Assembly: GCA_037447605.1 (NCBI GenBank)
Contig: CM074822.1
Location: 581,492 to 645,491, forward strand
Length of the DNA: 64,000 nt
From: Zygnema circumcarinatum SAG 698-1b
Lineage: Eukaryota > Plantae > Zygnematophyceae
Direction of reading: 5' to 3'
Numbering within the stretch: the stretch's first letter is position 1; each line of letters begins with the position of its first letter. The notes beneath the pieces were generated by a model. That model was not told where the DNA came from, did not search any database, and saw only the letters and a program-made list of their open reading frames with translations. The position numbers and the translations under genes are program-made. Below are positions 21,701-39,333 of this stretch, piece after piece.

Positions 21701-23376
21701 CGTCGTGCCAGCTGTCAGGGGTGTGGAGCAATCCCGGGAACCGGATGCCATTCGCCGCGAAATGTTAGCACTTGGAGAAGCAGGGTGTGTGCTCCTATCC
21801 TCATTCACATTTGAAGACTAAGAAGTGAACAATTTGTGCCCATAATTCTGCATATCCAAAGATATAGGTTTTACCTCTGCAGGTGACCTTTTCTATGAAC
21901 ACAGTTCATCGTCTTTAGTGAGGGCATGCAAATTTGTGTGGTGAAGGGAACGCATACCCATGGAACCCTAGTAGTTCCCAAACTAATTAGAAGAACCCTA
22001 CCCTGACCCTAACCTTTACCCTAGCCCTAACCCTAACCCAAACCCTAACCCTAATCCCAACCCTAATCCAAACCCTAACCCTAACCCTAACCCTAACCCT
22101 AACCCTAACCCTAACCCTAACCCTAACCCTAACCCTAACCCTAACCCTAACCCTAACCCTAACCCTAACCCTAACCCTAACCCTAACCCTAACCCTAACC
22201 CATGTCTAGGCGATTCATCACTTAGTGCATGGGCGCATTATGCGGTTGCAGAATAGTAGGGTCCACACTATTGGAGATAAACCGGGTGAAGAAATAGAAA
22301 TAGCAAAGCAATTAGAGTAGCCTCCACTAAACACAATGAAGAGTGTGGCTTTCTTCTCACTTTCAGCAAGGATTTCTGATCAAGCGCCAGTCCATTTCCT
22401 TTTTCCCTCCTCCTCCCCCTCCCCTCCCCTCCCCCCTCCCTCCCCTCCCCTCCCTCCCTCCCTCCCCCTCCCTCCCCTCCCTCCCCTCCCTCCCCCCCTC
22501 CCTCCTTCCCTCCCCCCCTCCCTCCCCCCCTCCCCCCCTCCCCCTCCCTCCCTCCCTCCCTCCCTCCCTCCCCCTCCCTCCCCCTCCCTCCCTCCCTCTC
22601 CCTCCTCCTCCCTCCCCCCCCCTCCCCCTCCCTCCCTCCCTCCCTCCCCCTCTCCCCCTCCCTCCCTCCCTCCCTCCCTCCCCCCCTCCCTCCCCTCCCT
22701 CCCTCCCCTCCCTCCCTCCCTCCCTCCCTCCCTCCCCCCCTCCCCCCTCCCTCCCTCCCCTCCCCTCCCCCTCCCTCCCCTCCCTCCTCCCCCTCCCCCC
22801 CTCCCTCCCTCCCTCCCTCCCTCCCCTCCCTCCCCCTCCCTCCCCCCCTCCCTCCCTCCCTCCCCCTCCCTCCCCTCCCCCTCCCCCTCCCTCCCTCCCT
22901 CCCTCCCCTCCTCCCTCCCTCCCTCCCCCCCTCCCCTCCCTCCCTCCCCCTCCCTCCCTCCCTCCCTCCCCTCCCCCCCTCCCTCTCCCCCTCCCCCCTC
23001 CTCCCCTCCCCCCCCCCCTCCCTCCCTCCCTCCTCCTCCCCTCCCTCCCTCCCTCCCTCCCCTCCCCCCCTCCCTCCCCTCCTCCCTCCCTCCCTCCCTC
23101 CCTCCCTCCCTCCCCTCCCCCCTCCTTCCCTCCCCCTCCCCTCCCTCCAGGTACAAGGAGGTGACCCTCCTCGGTCAGAACATCGACGCGTACGGCCGCG
23201 ACCTGGGCGGGTCCGCCCTGGACGGCTCCCCGCGGCGGCGATGGACGCTCACGGACCTCCTCCGGCACGTGCACGATGTGCCCGGAATAGAACGGATACG
23301 CTTCGCCACATCGCATGTATGTATGTATGTGTGCAGGGAAGGGAAGGGAACCATCTCTCTCTCTCTCTCGCTCTCT

Positions 23377-23430
<54 letters not shown>

Positions 23431-26147
23431 CCCCCATTCCTCCCAACCACACCCTCCCCAGCAGTCCTGCCCCGACTTCCCCCTTTATCTCTCTCGCACT
23501 TTCTCTTCCTTCCCCATCTCCTTCCCCACCCCCTCTCCCTCTCTCTCCCTCCCTCTCTCTCTCTAAGCTTAGCGGCAGTTTCTCACCGTGAGTGTCATGA
23601 GGGAGGAGGAGGGGGTTCAGCCGCGATACTTCACCGAGAGATTGATTCGAGCCTGCGCAGAACTGCCCAAAGTGTGCAAATATTTTCATATTCCGTTTCA
23701 ATCCGGCGACAATGACATCCTCAAGGTCCTTATTATTGCATCCCTTTTGTATTTTATTGTTAAATTGGCCGCGGTGAATCATAAATCCTGGCAGAAAATC
23801 TTTTTTTTTGTTCGCCGCCATTGATTAGCCCTCTGCAGTTTTTTAGAGTTTTTAGGGTTTAGGGTTTGAGCGGAAATTGCAGGCCATGCTGCGCGGCTAC
23901 TCGCGGGAGCGGTACGCTGACGTCATCGCGATGGTACGGAGCTACATGCCGGATGCAGCCGTCAGTGCTGACGTCATAGTGGGCTTTCCAGGTGAATGCT
24001 GACGCCACTACGTGCTTCTCAGATAGTTCATGCGTGTGCTGGAACTGGATTCTGATTCTTACGTATCTTAAATTGTAAGAAACATAAAAAATATATTATT
24101 ATTAGTATTATAATTAAGGTATTCCAAAGGTTTTGAGTGGTGCGGGGAGGTTGGGAGCACAGGGGAAACGGAGGAGCAGTTTCAGAACACGCTCAGACTC
24201 ATGGAAGGTAAGGTGATGATGGCCCCCATTGCATCCAAAAAAAGAAAAAATAAATAAAAGGGAAAGAGAAAGGGAATGTCACCTTTGTAGCATTCTTATT
24301 CTACTTTCCTTAAAGCAAAACCGTTGTTGAATTTCATCGCAGCATAGGGAGAGAGAGAGTTGGAGCAGCATGATGTAAAAATAGACACAATGGCGCATAT
24401 TATAGGCTATTTTGTATATTGCAGGGTTTTTAGGGATAATTGGGTTATTAGGGTTGTTATTTTATATATATTACAGGCCATGCATTTTCTGCTCACATTC
24501 TTAATCGTCCATGCTCATATGTTCATTTTCTGTGTTGTGTGTTCTATTTATTTTATGTTTGTTTGTTTTTGTGTTATACTTTATATATATATATATATAT
24601 ATTTTTTTTTTTTTCAGATATCCGGTTCGACCAAGTGAACACGGCGGCATACTCTCCTCGGCCCAATACGCCCGCGGCTCTGCTCGAAAATCAGGTAAGC
24701 AGGGGGCTCATACCTCGATAAAGTCAATGCATGGGAACACCTTGATGGAGTCAATGCACGAAACTGTATTGATAAAGTCAACACATGGGAAGCACTTTGA
24801 TAAAGTCAAACGCGTGGAACTATAATGATAAAGTCAACGCACCTTGATAAAGACAACACACGAGAATACATTGATGGAGTCAACGCATGAGAATACTTTG
24901 CTAGAGTAAACGCACGAGACTTTGATTGTGTCAACGCATGAGACTGTCATGATAAAGTCAATGATTTTTTTTGCTAAAGTCAACGCATGAGAATACATTG
25001 ACCCTAAAAACGCACGAGATTTTGGTAAAATGGACACATGAAACTATACTGATAAAGTCAACACATTTTGAAGTCAATGCATGAGACGATCTCCGCAACG
25101 CACGGGACTTTTGATAAAGTCAACGCAAGCGACCATCTCGACAATGTCAACACACGACCGGCACGAGACTATCTTGATAGAGTCAACGCACGAGACTACC
25201 TCGATAAAGAAAACACACAGGGCAAGATTGAGGTCAGTTGGGAGTAGTAGGGATCTTAGGGCTGACGTGGCGCTTGGAGGGGTTGCCAGGTGGCAGAGCT
25301 TATAAAAATGGATAGGCTGCANNNNNNNNNNGGAGAGGAGGAGGGAGGGAGGGAGGGAGAGGAGGAGGGGGGAGGGGAGAGGAGGGAGGGGCGAGGAGGA
25401 GGGAGGGGAGAGGAGGAGGAGGGAGGGGAGAGGTGGGAGGGGAGAGAAAGGAGGAGGGAGGGAGGGATAGGAGGGACAGAGAACGGGAGGGATGGGAGCA
25501 GAGGGAGGGGGGGAAGGAGAGAGAGGAAAGGAGGGAGGGAGGGAGAGGACGGAGGGAGGGAGGGAGAGGAGGGAGAAAGGGAGGGAGGGGAGCAGAGGGA
25601 GGGAGGGAGGGAAGAAGGGAGGGAGAGAGGAATGGAGGGAGAGGAGCAGTGGGAGGGAGTCAGAGAGAGAGGTAGACCCAAAGTGAGAAAAGGAGGGGGG
25701 TGGAGAGGAGGGAGGGAGAAAAGGGGGGAGAGACAAAGGAAGGGGAGGAGAGGGAGGGGAAAGGAGAGAAATTCCTCCCTTTTGGACCTTCATGATGGCA
25801 TTCCAAGGCTTTAGTGCTAATCTGTTCGAGTTGGCAACAGCAGGAGGGAGGGAGAGGAGGGCTGAGGGAGTGGAGTGAGGGAGGGAGAGGAAGGAGGGAG
25901 GGTGGGAGGGAGGGTGGGAGGGAGGGTGAGGGAGTGTTTGAGGGCAATCCTTGACTACCAAATGCTGTGCCCTTAATGTTTGCTGTGTGAGAGTAACCGA
26001 GATGTTCCATGTCCTTTGCAGATGATGGGCCGTACGGACACAAACCGCCTTGTCTTCTTCCCGGGAGGGCCCGAGCTCGTGAAGGAAATCGTGGATGTGC
26101 GCATAACGGAAACGCGCTCTGTCAGCCTCTCGGGGGTGCTCGTGTGA
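18706..26147 (+). CDS. miaB: tRNA-2-methylthio-N6-dimethylallyladenosine synthase MiaB, plastid-type, with N-terminal transit-peptide-like region
   Basis: Exons 18706-19161, 19306-19437, 20193-20369, 20994-21064, 21368-21405, 21676-21784, 23151-23316, 23621-23725, 23883-23991, 24163-24207, 24618-24694, 25290-(gap 25322), 26022-26147. Motifs: TFGCQMN, NTCSIR, VAGCVAQ, radical-SAM [48 protein letters not shown] domain [12 protein letters not shown]. Part of one late exon falls in the N gap. Confidence 0.95.
22010..22200. repeat. Interstitial (CCCTAA)n / TTAGGG telomere-like array
   Basis: About 20 perfect hexamers at about 22075-22200 with degenerate copies upstream; inside MiaB intron 6. Confidence 0.9.
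22400..23147. repeat. CCCT/CCT-rich low-complexity intronic tract
   Basis: Direct reading; ends at the acceptor of the MiaB exon at 23151. Confidence 0.95.
24715..25210. repeat. Degenerate minisatellite of about 30 bp (core ATAAAGTCAACGCATGAGA)
   Basis: Repeated GATAAAGTCAA/GGAGTCAA and CACGAGA cores in a MiaB intron. Confidence 0.75.
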
Positions 26148-26156
26148 AGCACTGAC

Positions 26157-26255
26157 CTGGCACATTCCTATTGGAGGCCAGTTTGAGGTGTGCTGAGCTG
26201 GCACATTCCTATTGGAGGCCAGTTTGAGGTGTGCTGAGCTGGCACATTCCTATTG
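26157..26255. repeat. 41-bp tandem duplication in the MiaB 3' UTR
   Basis: CTGGCACATTCCTATTGGAGGCCAGTTTGAGGTGTGCTGAG, about 2.4 copies. Confidence 0.85.
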
Positions 26256-26775
26256 AAGAAGCGCATTCAGGTTTTTACTGTGACATGTATTTTGATCAAA
26301 TGTATGAAGGCGAGGTCTCAAGGGCATCTTAAGGGGTTGGTTCTTGTACTTCTCATTTAGTTGCTTTCTTGTTGAAAATTGCAGTCACATAAGGTTGGTT
26401 TTTGGGTTTCGGTTTTTACTCTCCCTTTCTTTCACTTTCCCTTTCTTTTTGTGGAATAAACTGTGGACCCATCGTCTGTTTTTGTCTAGATGCAAAAACC
26501 TTTTTCGCTGGTCAGATATTTTTTTAGGGTTTTATGGTATTGGGGGCTTCTTCTGCTACAAGGAGGCAGTGCATTCCAAATTTAGCTTTTTGGCTGCTAC
26601 ACGATCTTGAGAGAAAGAGGTCAGGACATGTGAGAAGGATATGCGAGGGAACTTTTCCTTTTTTTTTCATTTTATTGAAACTGTATTGGCACCCATTCCG
26701 AAAGGCCCATCTTTTGTAGCCCAAAAACCCTAATCTGACTCTCTATCAGCTCTCTCCGCTAAAAGGTGTTCTCTG

Positions 26776-31599
<4,824 letters not shown>

Positions 31600-32164
31600 G
31601 GCTGCCCTGTCTGTGCGAATCCACTTCACCGACCCAGGGTCTTCTAAACCCTAAACCCTAAACCTAACCCTAAACCGAAACCATGAACCCTAAAAGCCAA
31701 AAGAGGGAGAAAAGGACAGCCTGGCGCTTAGGCTTGCGTTACTTTGATTCCAAAGGAGGGCCAGGGCGCCGCCTTCGCCCTCTTCTTGCGCGATAGTGTG
31801 TGTGTGTGAGAGAGAGAGGGGGGGAGGAGAGAGAGAGAGAGGAAGGAGAGGGGGGAGAGAGACAGAGAGGCGGGATGAGAGGGAGAGAGAGGGGGGGAGA
31901 GATGGAGAGAGGAGAGGAAGAGACAAAAGGGGGGAGCGAGAGAGAGTGAGAGAGAGAGTTGAGAGAAATGCTCACGCAGAAGATTCTAAAATTTAGGGTT
32001 GTGGTTGTGTCTCCGCGGTTGTAGGGTTTCTAAGGGTTCAGAGAGCAGCAGATATGCAGGCGAGGGCGGGCCTGCAGCGGGGGAAGCTGACAGGGGCAGT
32101 ACGGCCCTCCCAGACTCTCTCAAGAGGTGGTGGTCAAGTGCGGGAGGGAGCGGGGTCGAGGGCT

Positions 32165-32217
32165 CAGGGTTTAGGGTTAGGGTTTAGGATTAGGGTTAGG
32201 GTTAGGGTTTAGGGTTG

Positions 32218-32253
<36 letters not shown>

Positions 32254-32895
32254 TAGGGTTGAGGGGTTTAGGGTTCAGGGTTCAGGGTTTGCGGTGTACG
32301 GTGAGGGTTTAGGGTTTACGGTTAGGGTTTAGGGTTGAGGGGTATAGGGTTTAGAATTTAGGGTTAGGGATTGGACTGTAGAGTGTAGGTTAGGGTTGAA
32401 AATTTTGAGAATTAAGTAGGGTTTGGGTTAAGGAATTGATGGTTTAGGGTTTTAGAATTTGTGGTTGAAAATTTAGAGCTTACGTTTACGGTTCAGGGTT
32501 TAAGGTTTGAGATTTAGGGTTAAGGGTTAGAGTTTAGGGTTTGAAATTTGAGTTTAGTTTTAGAGTTAGGGTTTAGGAGTTTTAGGGTTTATCGAAATAA
32601 GGTTTAGGGTTAAGTGTTTAGGGTTCTACGATCTATGGTTTAGGATGGGATATTTGATTTTAGGGTTTAGGCTGAAGGGTTTAAGGTTTTGGGTTTAGCG
32701 TTTAGGAGTTTAGGGTTTAGGGTTTAGGGATTAGGGTTTAGGGTTTAGAGTTTAGGGTTTAGGGGTTTAGGATTTAGGGAGAAGGGTCTAGGGTTTAGGA
32801 TTTAGGGAGAAGGGTTTAGGATTTAGGGTTTAGGGTCTAGGGGTTTAGGGTTTAGGGTTTAGGATTCAGGGTAAAAGGTTTAGGTTTAGGGTTTA
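32165..32895. repeat. Degenerate telomere-like array (mixed TTAGGG/TTTAGGG) upstream of the RPC34 CDS
   Basis: Dozens of GGGTTTA/GGGTTA units with variants. Confidence 0.85.
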
Positions 32896-33724
32896 AGGTT
32901 TGACTGCTTCGGCCCTTCAGGGTTCAGGGCTCCGATCTCTGGTTGAGCACATTTGGATGTGCGCTGATCGGCGTACGCGCACACCCGTAGGGCTATTTCC
33001 ACCCCTGAGGCGAGTTTTGACCAATCAGGAGCCGCCACGTGTACAAAAAACCGGCCATTTGGCGGCGAATGCCGGACAGGCAGGCGACTTTGTCGTTTGC
33101 GGGCGGCAATATCGCCATATCGCCGGCGGGAACGCAACTCACCGCCGGCCGGCGCCGGCCGTTTTCGCCGGCCGGCAGAGGGGCCATGCCTTCCTCGGCC
33201 TCTGCTACCTGTGCGGCTGTAATCGAAGGCATAAAATGTTTTTATTTTTATTAATAAAATGACAATAGATAATTTATTTATTTGATTATCAATTGGGGTG
33301 GAAAGGAAGGTGTCAAAATAACCGCGAACGCATGAAACTAAAACGAGCGAGTTCCCATCTCTTTTTTATTCTTGAATCAAACATTCACTACTTTGCCAAG
33401 TTCAATGTTAAACATGGAAACAGTCCAAGAATCAAAAACTTCACCGAACAGTAACTGAACTGGAACTGAACTGGAACCACAAAATTCCTCAAGGTACGCT
33501 CCATAAAGTCAAGTCCACACATCCCTACTTCCTCATAGCTCCTTTACAAACGCCCCACCCCCCTCTCTCTCTCATTCTTTTTTTTGTTCTCTCTCTCTCT
33601 CTCTCTTTCTTTTTTTTGTTCTCTCTCTCTCTCTCTCTCATGCTCTCGCCAACATCTGACGATTCTGAAACGAAAACAGAAACGAAAAGGGCTTCTTCAT
33701 GACAAGGAGGACAGACGTGCAAAA

Positions 33725-36700
33725 CTATTTCTTTTTTATCCTCGAAAATGTGCCCGTCTCTGAAAAGTACGTGCTCTGAGTCCCGCTTCCGAGATGTGCT
33801 TGAGCCTGCGCCTGCGGATTGCTCAGCTCAATGCCCTGCACGCCCCGCAACCCTAATCAATACCTTCACATACATGCATACATAACATTCAATCAATCAA
33901 TCAATCAATCAATCGATCTCGCGCCTTCACATCCTTCAAAAAGAGCGTGTCAACAACATTAGGGTTGCTGTTGCAAAGGCATAATCTACACCAGTTTCTA
34001 TTTCGGTTCAGTTTGACCGTACGACGGCTTTAAAATCGCTAATACTAATAGATACTAATAGATACTAATAGATGAGCTTACTGTGCAGTTGCCCCCCCCC
34101 CCCCCCCCCNNNNNNNNNNCCCCCCCCCCCCCCCCCTGTTTAAGCAGAAATCGCAGAACTCATAGAAGGAAGAGAGAGGTCTACCATATTACAAGTGGCT
34201 GAAAAGATAAGCAGGCGGGGGGGGGCACTGACCTGCACTGGAGTGAAGGCTAAGCTGGAGGACAGTCCGGATGTGTTCCCACTGCTGCCATAATGCTTCT
34301 CCTTGAACCTGCATCCCAACATAAGCACTCAGAATCTGCCAATTTCAGACACATTTCATATATATAAGAACATGGAAAGAAGTTCGTCATTGCTTTCAAA
34401 GATAAAACAGAAAAAAAACAACAAATCTTCACTTCTGAAGGGCACACTTTAGGCCCTGCTTTTAGGGATGTTTGGTAGTTACTACGACAGGTCATAGGAC
34501 CAAAAAGAGGAAAGAACAAGATGCAGTCCAATACAACCGCAGATTCTCACTTCTTTGTTTTGACTGTAATTTTTTTCTGGCTCTGTGCGACTCGCAGCTT
34601 GCCACTTCCTGCTTGTCCGAGCATTCCGTAGCCCTCTCCAATACCATCACCTGCATACACCTCCTCCCCACATATCTCACATGCATGAGCCATTTGCTAG
34701 GTCTGACCATGCCTAGTTATAAGTCCCAACATGCCTTGGTCATCCTCCATGGTTAGTCTCCTTAGTCACCCACCCAGTGAGCTCTCCTCCGGAACTCCAA
34801 ACATCATCCTGTTCGCCAGCTTCCTCATATCCGTCATAGCATACCTGCTCTCCCATATGCAGATATCCACCCACAACTCTCTAAGACATTAGGTAGAGCA
34901 GAGGTAGAGGTTTAGAGCAGAAGCTCCCTGCTTCATCAAAACGGACAGCAGACTACATAGAACCTCGATCATTCTGCTGCGAAAGCGAGGAGGATGTGAG
35001 CTAAGAACGTATCATTATTTCCAGGAACTCAGTAAGGGAAGGGACTTAAAAACTAGGAGACCAAGAGTGTTATAGAGCCTCTCTGCCACATTATCCCCTC
35101 TCTCTGCCACATTATCCCCTCTCTCTGCCACATTATCGACTCTCTCTGCCACATTATCGACTCTCTCTGCCACATTATCCCCTCTCTCTGCCACATTATC
35201 CCCTCTCTCTGCCACATTATCGACTCTCTCTGCCACATTATCGACTCTCTCTGCCACATTATCCCCTCTCTCTGCCACATTATCCCCTCTCTCTGCCACA
35301 TTATCCCCTCTCTCTGCCACATTATCCCCTCTCTCTGCTACATTATCCCCTCTCTCTGCCACATTATCCCCTCTCTCTGCCACATTATCCCCTCTCTCTA
35401 AAGCTACACCTCCCACCTCTCTTTCTGCTTCCGAAGACGCAATCCTCCTCTCTTCTTCTTCGGATCAGCATCCGGGACAGGAAGAGGTTTTGGCTGCTTT
35501 GGAGGAGGGGGCTCCTGCCATTTCTCAATTTTACGCTTTATTTCATCCCGTAAAGTCTTCCCATGTTTGCCTCCAGTATCACTTCCTGCTGAATCAACCC
35601 TAGCAGCCAAACTACACTTTCCTGCCACAAGTCTGCAAGCTCGCATTCGGAGAGCAGGGGGTGTACTTTGCACAATTTCACTATTGAATATGAAGCCTGT
35701 ATGCTGAAGGGTGGTTGCTGTAGAAAAGCCTGCAAGATTCTTTTTCTTTGCTCCCAATACGAGGACATTTGCTGCAGGCATATTGGCTAAGTTCGGAAGA
35801 CCCCCTGCAACTCCCATCAGTTGTGCGGCTATTGCACTACCGACTATTGCTGACAAATTAGGGGCGATATATCCCATTCTACTCTCCACAAAAGCAAGGA
35901 CCGTCTTTTTTGTCTCGTCAAGATTTAGGGCTCTCTCGCAAGCCTCCAATGTTTTTTGAAGATTTTCTTCAGTCAAAGGCTTGCCGTTTGTAGTCGATGC
36001 AGTTACCGATACAACCATAATGGTAGCAGAGGGGAGGAGGCCCTCCAAGTCTACTAGGGTTAAGTCCATTTCATTGGCAATTCTTTTCACAACTCGCGCG
36101 TAATCTATGGGATGCAGAACAAGCGACTCGAGCTCTGGAAACTTGAGACGATACTTGTCTCGGATGAAGTTGTGAACGATTACAACCTCGTTGTCAATAT
36201 CGACCATGAGTTGGTTGCAGTCAACAATGAGCTGATAGTTCGGATCATCGATAGATATAGACTCTTGGCTGGCCATTGCATCCCCACCTGCCATTGCCTC
36301 GTCTACTTTCTGCAATCACCATTGCAAAAAAGTTCTTTTTCAAACAAGTATTATTGATCATAGTTGTATTGACGTCTTAGAAGACAAGAAAGTGTACTAA
36401 GCCATCTTTCAATAGCATACACAGTTAATTCCTTATGGTAAGGATGTAAGGATTGTTTCATTCAGTTAGTCCCTCCTCACATCCTGCTCCTTGCCCTAAT
36501 CCGACAATGAACATCACTAGAGATAACCAGGAAAGGTTACCAGTAACATCTGCTTATTATGCAGTGACTTAAGTGAGTGCAAAATCTAAGAGGGTGATAG
36601 CAAATGGCGGTTAAGAGGAGCAACCTTACCTTCATTATCTCGTGATATCGAGCCGAGTTCTGCAGCTTTGCAACGGAGTCAAGATCGTCGTAGTTGAGCG

Positions 36701-37234
36701 CTTCAATGTCGAGCATTTCGTCGTCTCCCCCATCGCCCTCTCCCCCGGGCTCCACATTCTCCTGCAGACCCCGTAGACCTGTTCAGATGCCGCCATGTGT
36801 TAAGGATGCGATGATTCATTTCTGCAACTATAGGTACTATTTGAATGAAGTCTACTCAAAACAAAGTACTNNNNNNNNNNGGGAGGGAGGGAGGGAGGGA
36901 GGGAGGAAGGGAGGGAGGGAGGGAGGGAGGGTGAGAGGGAGAGAGGGAGGGAGGGAGGGTGAGAGGGACGGAGTGAGGGAGGGAGGAAGGAAGGGTTCAC
37001 TATTCCTCTAGCACAAATCTTCAGTCTCCTCACCTGAATCTGGTCCTCATTATCGGAAAGATCATCGAGATCAGCGAGGAAGGAGTCTGCCAAAGTAGCC
37101 TGCAGGCAAGCATGCATTTCCCTCATCAAGAACCATCACAAAGGCTTTTGCAACTCATGTACTCAAAATTTTAATCCTTTCAAAGCCAAGCCTCAGAATC
37201 TCCAAAAACAGCAGAAAGGGGGTAGCTTTACCAT
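33725..37234 (-). CDS. PRP31: U4/U6 snRNP protein Prp31
   Basis: ATG micro-exon 37234-37232, then ATLADSFLADLDDLSD, NOSIC/Nop domain (HNFIRDKYRLKFPELESLV...KKKNLAGFS...ARVDS...KIEKWQEPPPPK), YAMTDMRKLANRMMFGVPEESSLG|DGIGEGYGMLGQAGSGKLRV, SGLSSSLAFTPVQ|GIELSNPQ...YFSETGTFSRIKKK*. Confidence 0.95.
35079..35400. repeat. 21-bp intronic minisatellite CCACATTATC(C/G)(C/A)CTCTCTCTG
   Basis: About 15 copies in a PRP31 intron. Confidence 0.95.
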
Positions 37235-37504
37235 CTTAGACGTGAGAAAAACTCCCTGTTGTGCTTTCGCCTTTGCGAGTGTGCACCTCCAACACCTTCC
37301 TGAAAAACACTCTTAAAAGATCTTCCAAGTAGTTGAATTTGCCTAAGTTCTGAAGTCAATACTCAATCAAAATTTTGCTCTTGCTCGGCCCCAGTTGCAA
37401 ACCTGCACAGAGCAAGCGCACTCTGAATTGCCGACTGATGTCCAGGCAAGGAAACATAGGGCCACTACATAGCAAATTCCAAGGTTTCTACAAGGAGGTC
37501 CACC

Positions 37505-37592
37505 TAGAATTAGGGATCCGCCCTTACTTAGAATTAGGGTTAAGGCCCTACTTAGAATTAGGGTTAAGCCCCTGCTTAGAATTAGGGTTAAG
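37505..37592. repeat. 21-bp tandem repeat containing telo-box-like TTAGGGTT, upstream of PRP31
   Basis: CTTAGAATTAGGGTTAAG(G)CCC, about 4 copies. Confidence 0.8.
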
Positions 37593-39220
37593 CACTTTCG
37601 AGAAGGTTTTGATGTTATTTCAGAACTCTTATCAGAGTTAAATGCTTCACCATAAATTCAGATTCCATGTAGAAACAAGGCTTCCTTTTTCAGGATGGCG
37701 ACTCCGCGGGCCATCGTTGGATTTCTAAGACTACTAAGGTTCAGTGTAAGCATTCAAAGCCAAAGTACTTATCTAGGGATTCGGTTTCAAGCAAAAAAAA
37801 CTTCAGCAACGTTAGATTTGAAGATCTTTCGAGAATTTAGACTCTGCTTGAGTTCAAACTTCCACTTGGGTTATGGAAAACCAAAACTGAGTTTCCTGAA
37901 AACCACTCTTAAGTAAAAAGGAAAAGGAAGTATTGATCGCACACCTGCAGCAGGATTCTAAATATATTCCTTAACAGTATCAAACTGTATGCTGACTCAA
38001 TCGCCCTCCCCTTGCGGCGCCTTCTTAAGCACTGGAGCTCACCGCCATAGCTATGGACTCTCTGAAGAGGAGAGGACGAACCCAAATATGGTGAATCTAA
38101 CTCTTGAAACTCCGCTAAAAACACCATATTCAAAAGCAAACGAATTACGGTATGCCACGTGTTACACTTTGCTGACATGGTAGACTGTGATTGGCGGAAC
38201 TATTAGGGTATCTTTTTACGAATTCCAATATTCCGACAGCTCAGAGTATTTTGAACCAATTAAGAATTGACACGTGGTCCATTTAAATCTCGTCACGTGT
38301 CATACCCTATTTTTCTATTCGGGCACGAAAGCGAGACCCCGAATTATTTAGCGTCCCCGTAGGCTTAGAAATGGCCATCGACATTTTATCGGGTCCGTTC
38401 GCACCTGCGAGTTGACATCAGCAATGTTGAACCACTTCAGCATTCAAGGCTTTCTCTCTGTCCTTATGTCCGTTGTGACCGCTTCTTTTGGTTCCTTATG
38501 TCGATTTTATCCATGTACATTTGATGGCCTTGCCATCGTGAGTTCAATCAAACATCTTTTTTCTTCAGCATTCGTTCAACTAAATTGACGAAGTTGAACC
38601 ATGAAGACGCACCGTATTTATGTAAAAGTGGAACAGCAATTTCCTCGGGATACTGTACATATCTACAAAAAATTTCTATTCAGTGAAACTGGCATTTTTG
38701 TAGTTTGTCCACTATCCAGTAGAACTGGTGAATTTCCAGTTTACCCTATCTCCAGTACAGTTGGAGTTTTCCCAGTTTAACCTACCGGACTCGAGCATAG
38801 AGCAGGATGCATAGGTGCACAGCCCTGCCAAGATTCCGTACAAACCCAAATCCAGGTGACGGAATTCGATTTCAGAAAACCAGATCGCACAAAATCTGTA
38901 TTTGTACGGACCTCGTGCGGTCCAATAGGAAGCGACCGCGAGGGGACTCCCGAGGACCACTCTGTCACGTAGACCAATTGAAGTTTACACTGTACGGACA
39001 CGTGGCATGTAAACATTGGCGGCTGGATCTCTTGTGAAGGTATCGGAAAAACGAACCAATCAAAGATTTCCACGTCTGCTCCTAGACACGTGTCATACCG
39101 TGACTGGTCAGAGTAAACGGGCGCAGCGCGCGCGCGCGGAATGAAGGCGGCGCGCGCTCTCCCTCCCGCACTCCTCCCTCTCCCTCCCATACCCTCCGTC
39201 TCCCTCTCTCCACATCTCTC

Positions 39221-39253
<33 letters not shown>

Positions 39254-39333
39254 CCTCGCCCTCTCTTTCACATCTCCCCCTCTCTCTCTCTCATCCCTCT
39301 CACCTCTCTCCCCTCCCTCGCACATTCCGAACC

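Noticed and set aside
22336-23715. 459-aa proline-rich, extensin-like ORF and the G/R-rich antisense ORFs
   Set aside because: An intronic CCCT tract joined to a true MiaB exon.
35015-35416. AERGDNV heptad-repeat ORF
   Set aside because: A 21-bp minisatellite inside a PRP31 intron.
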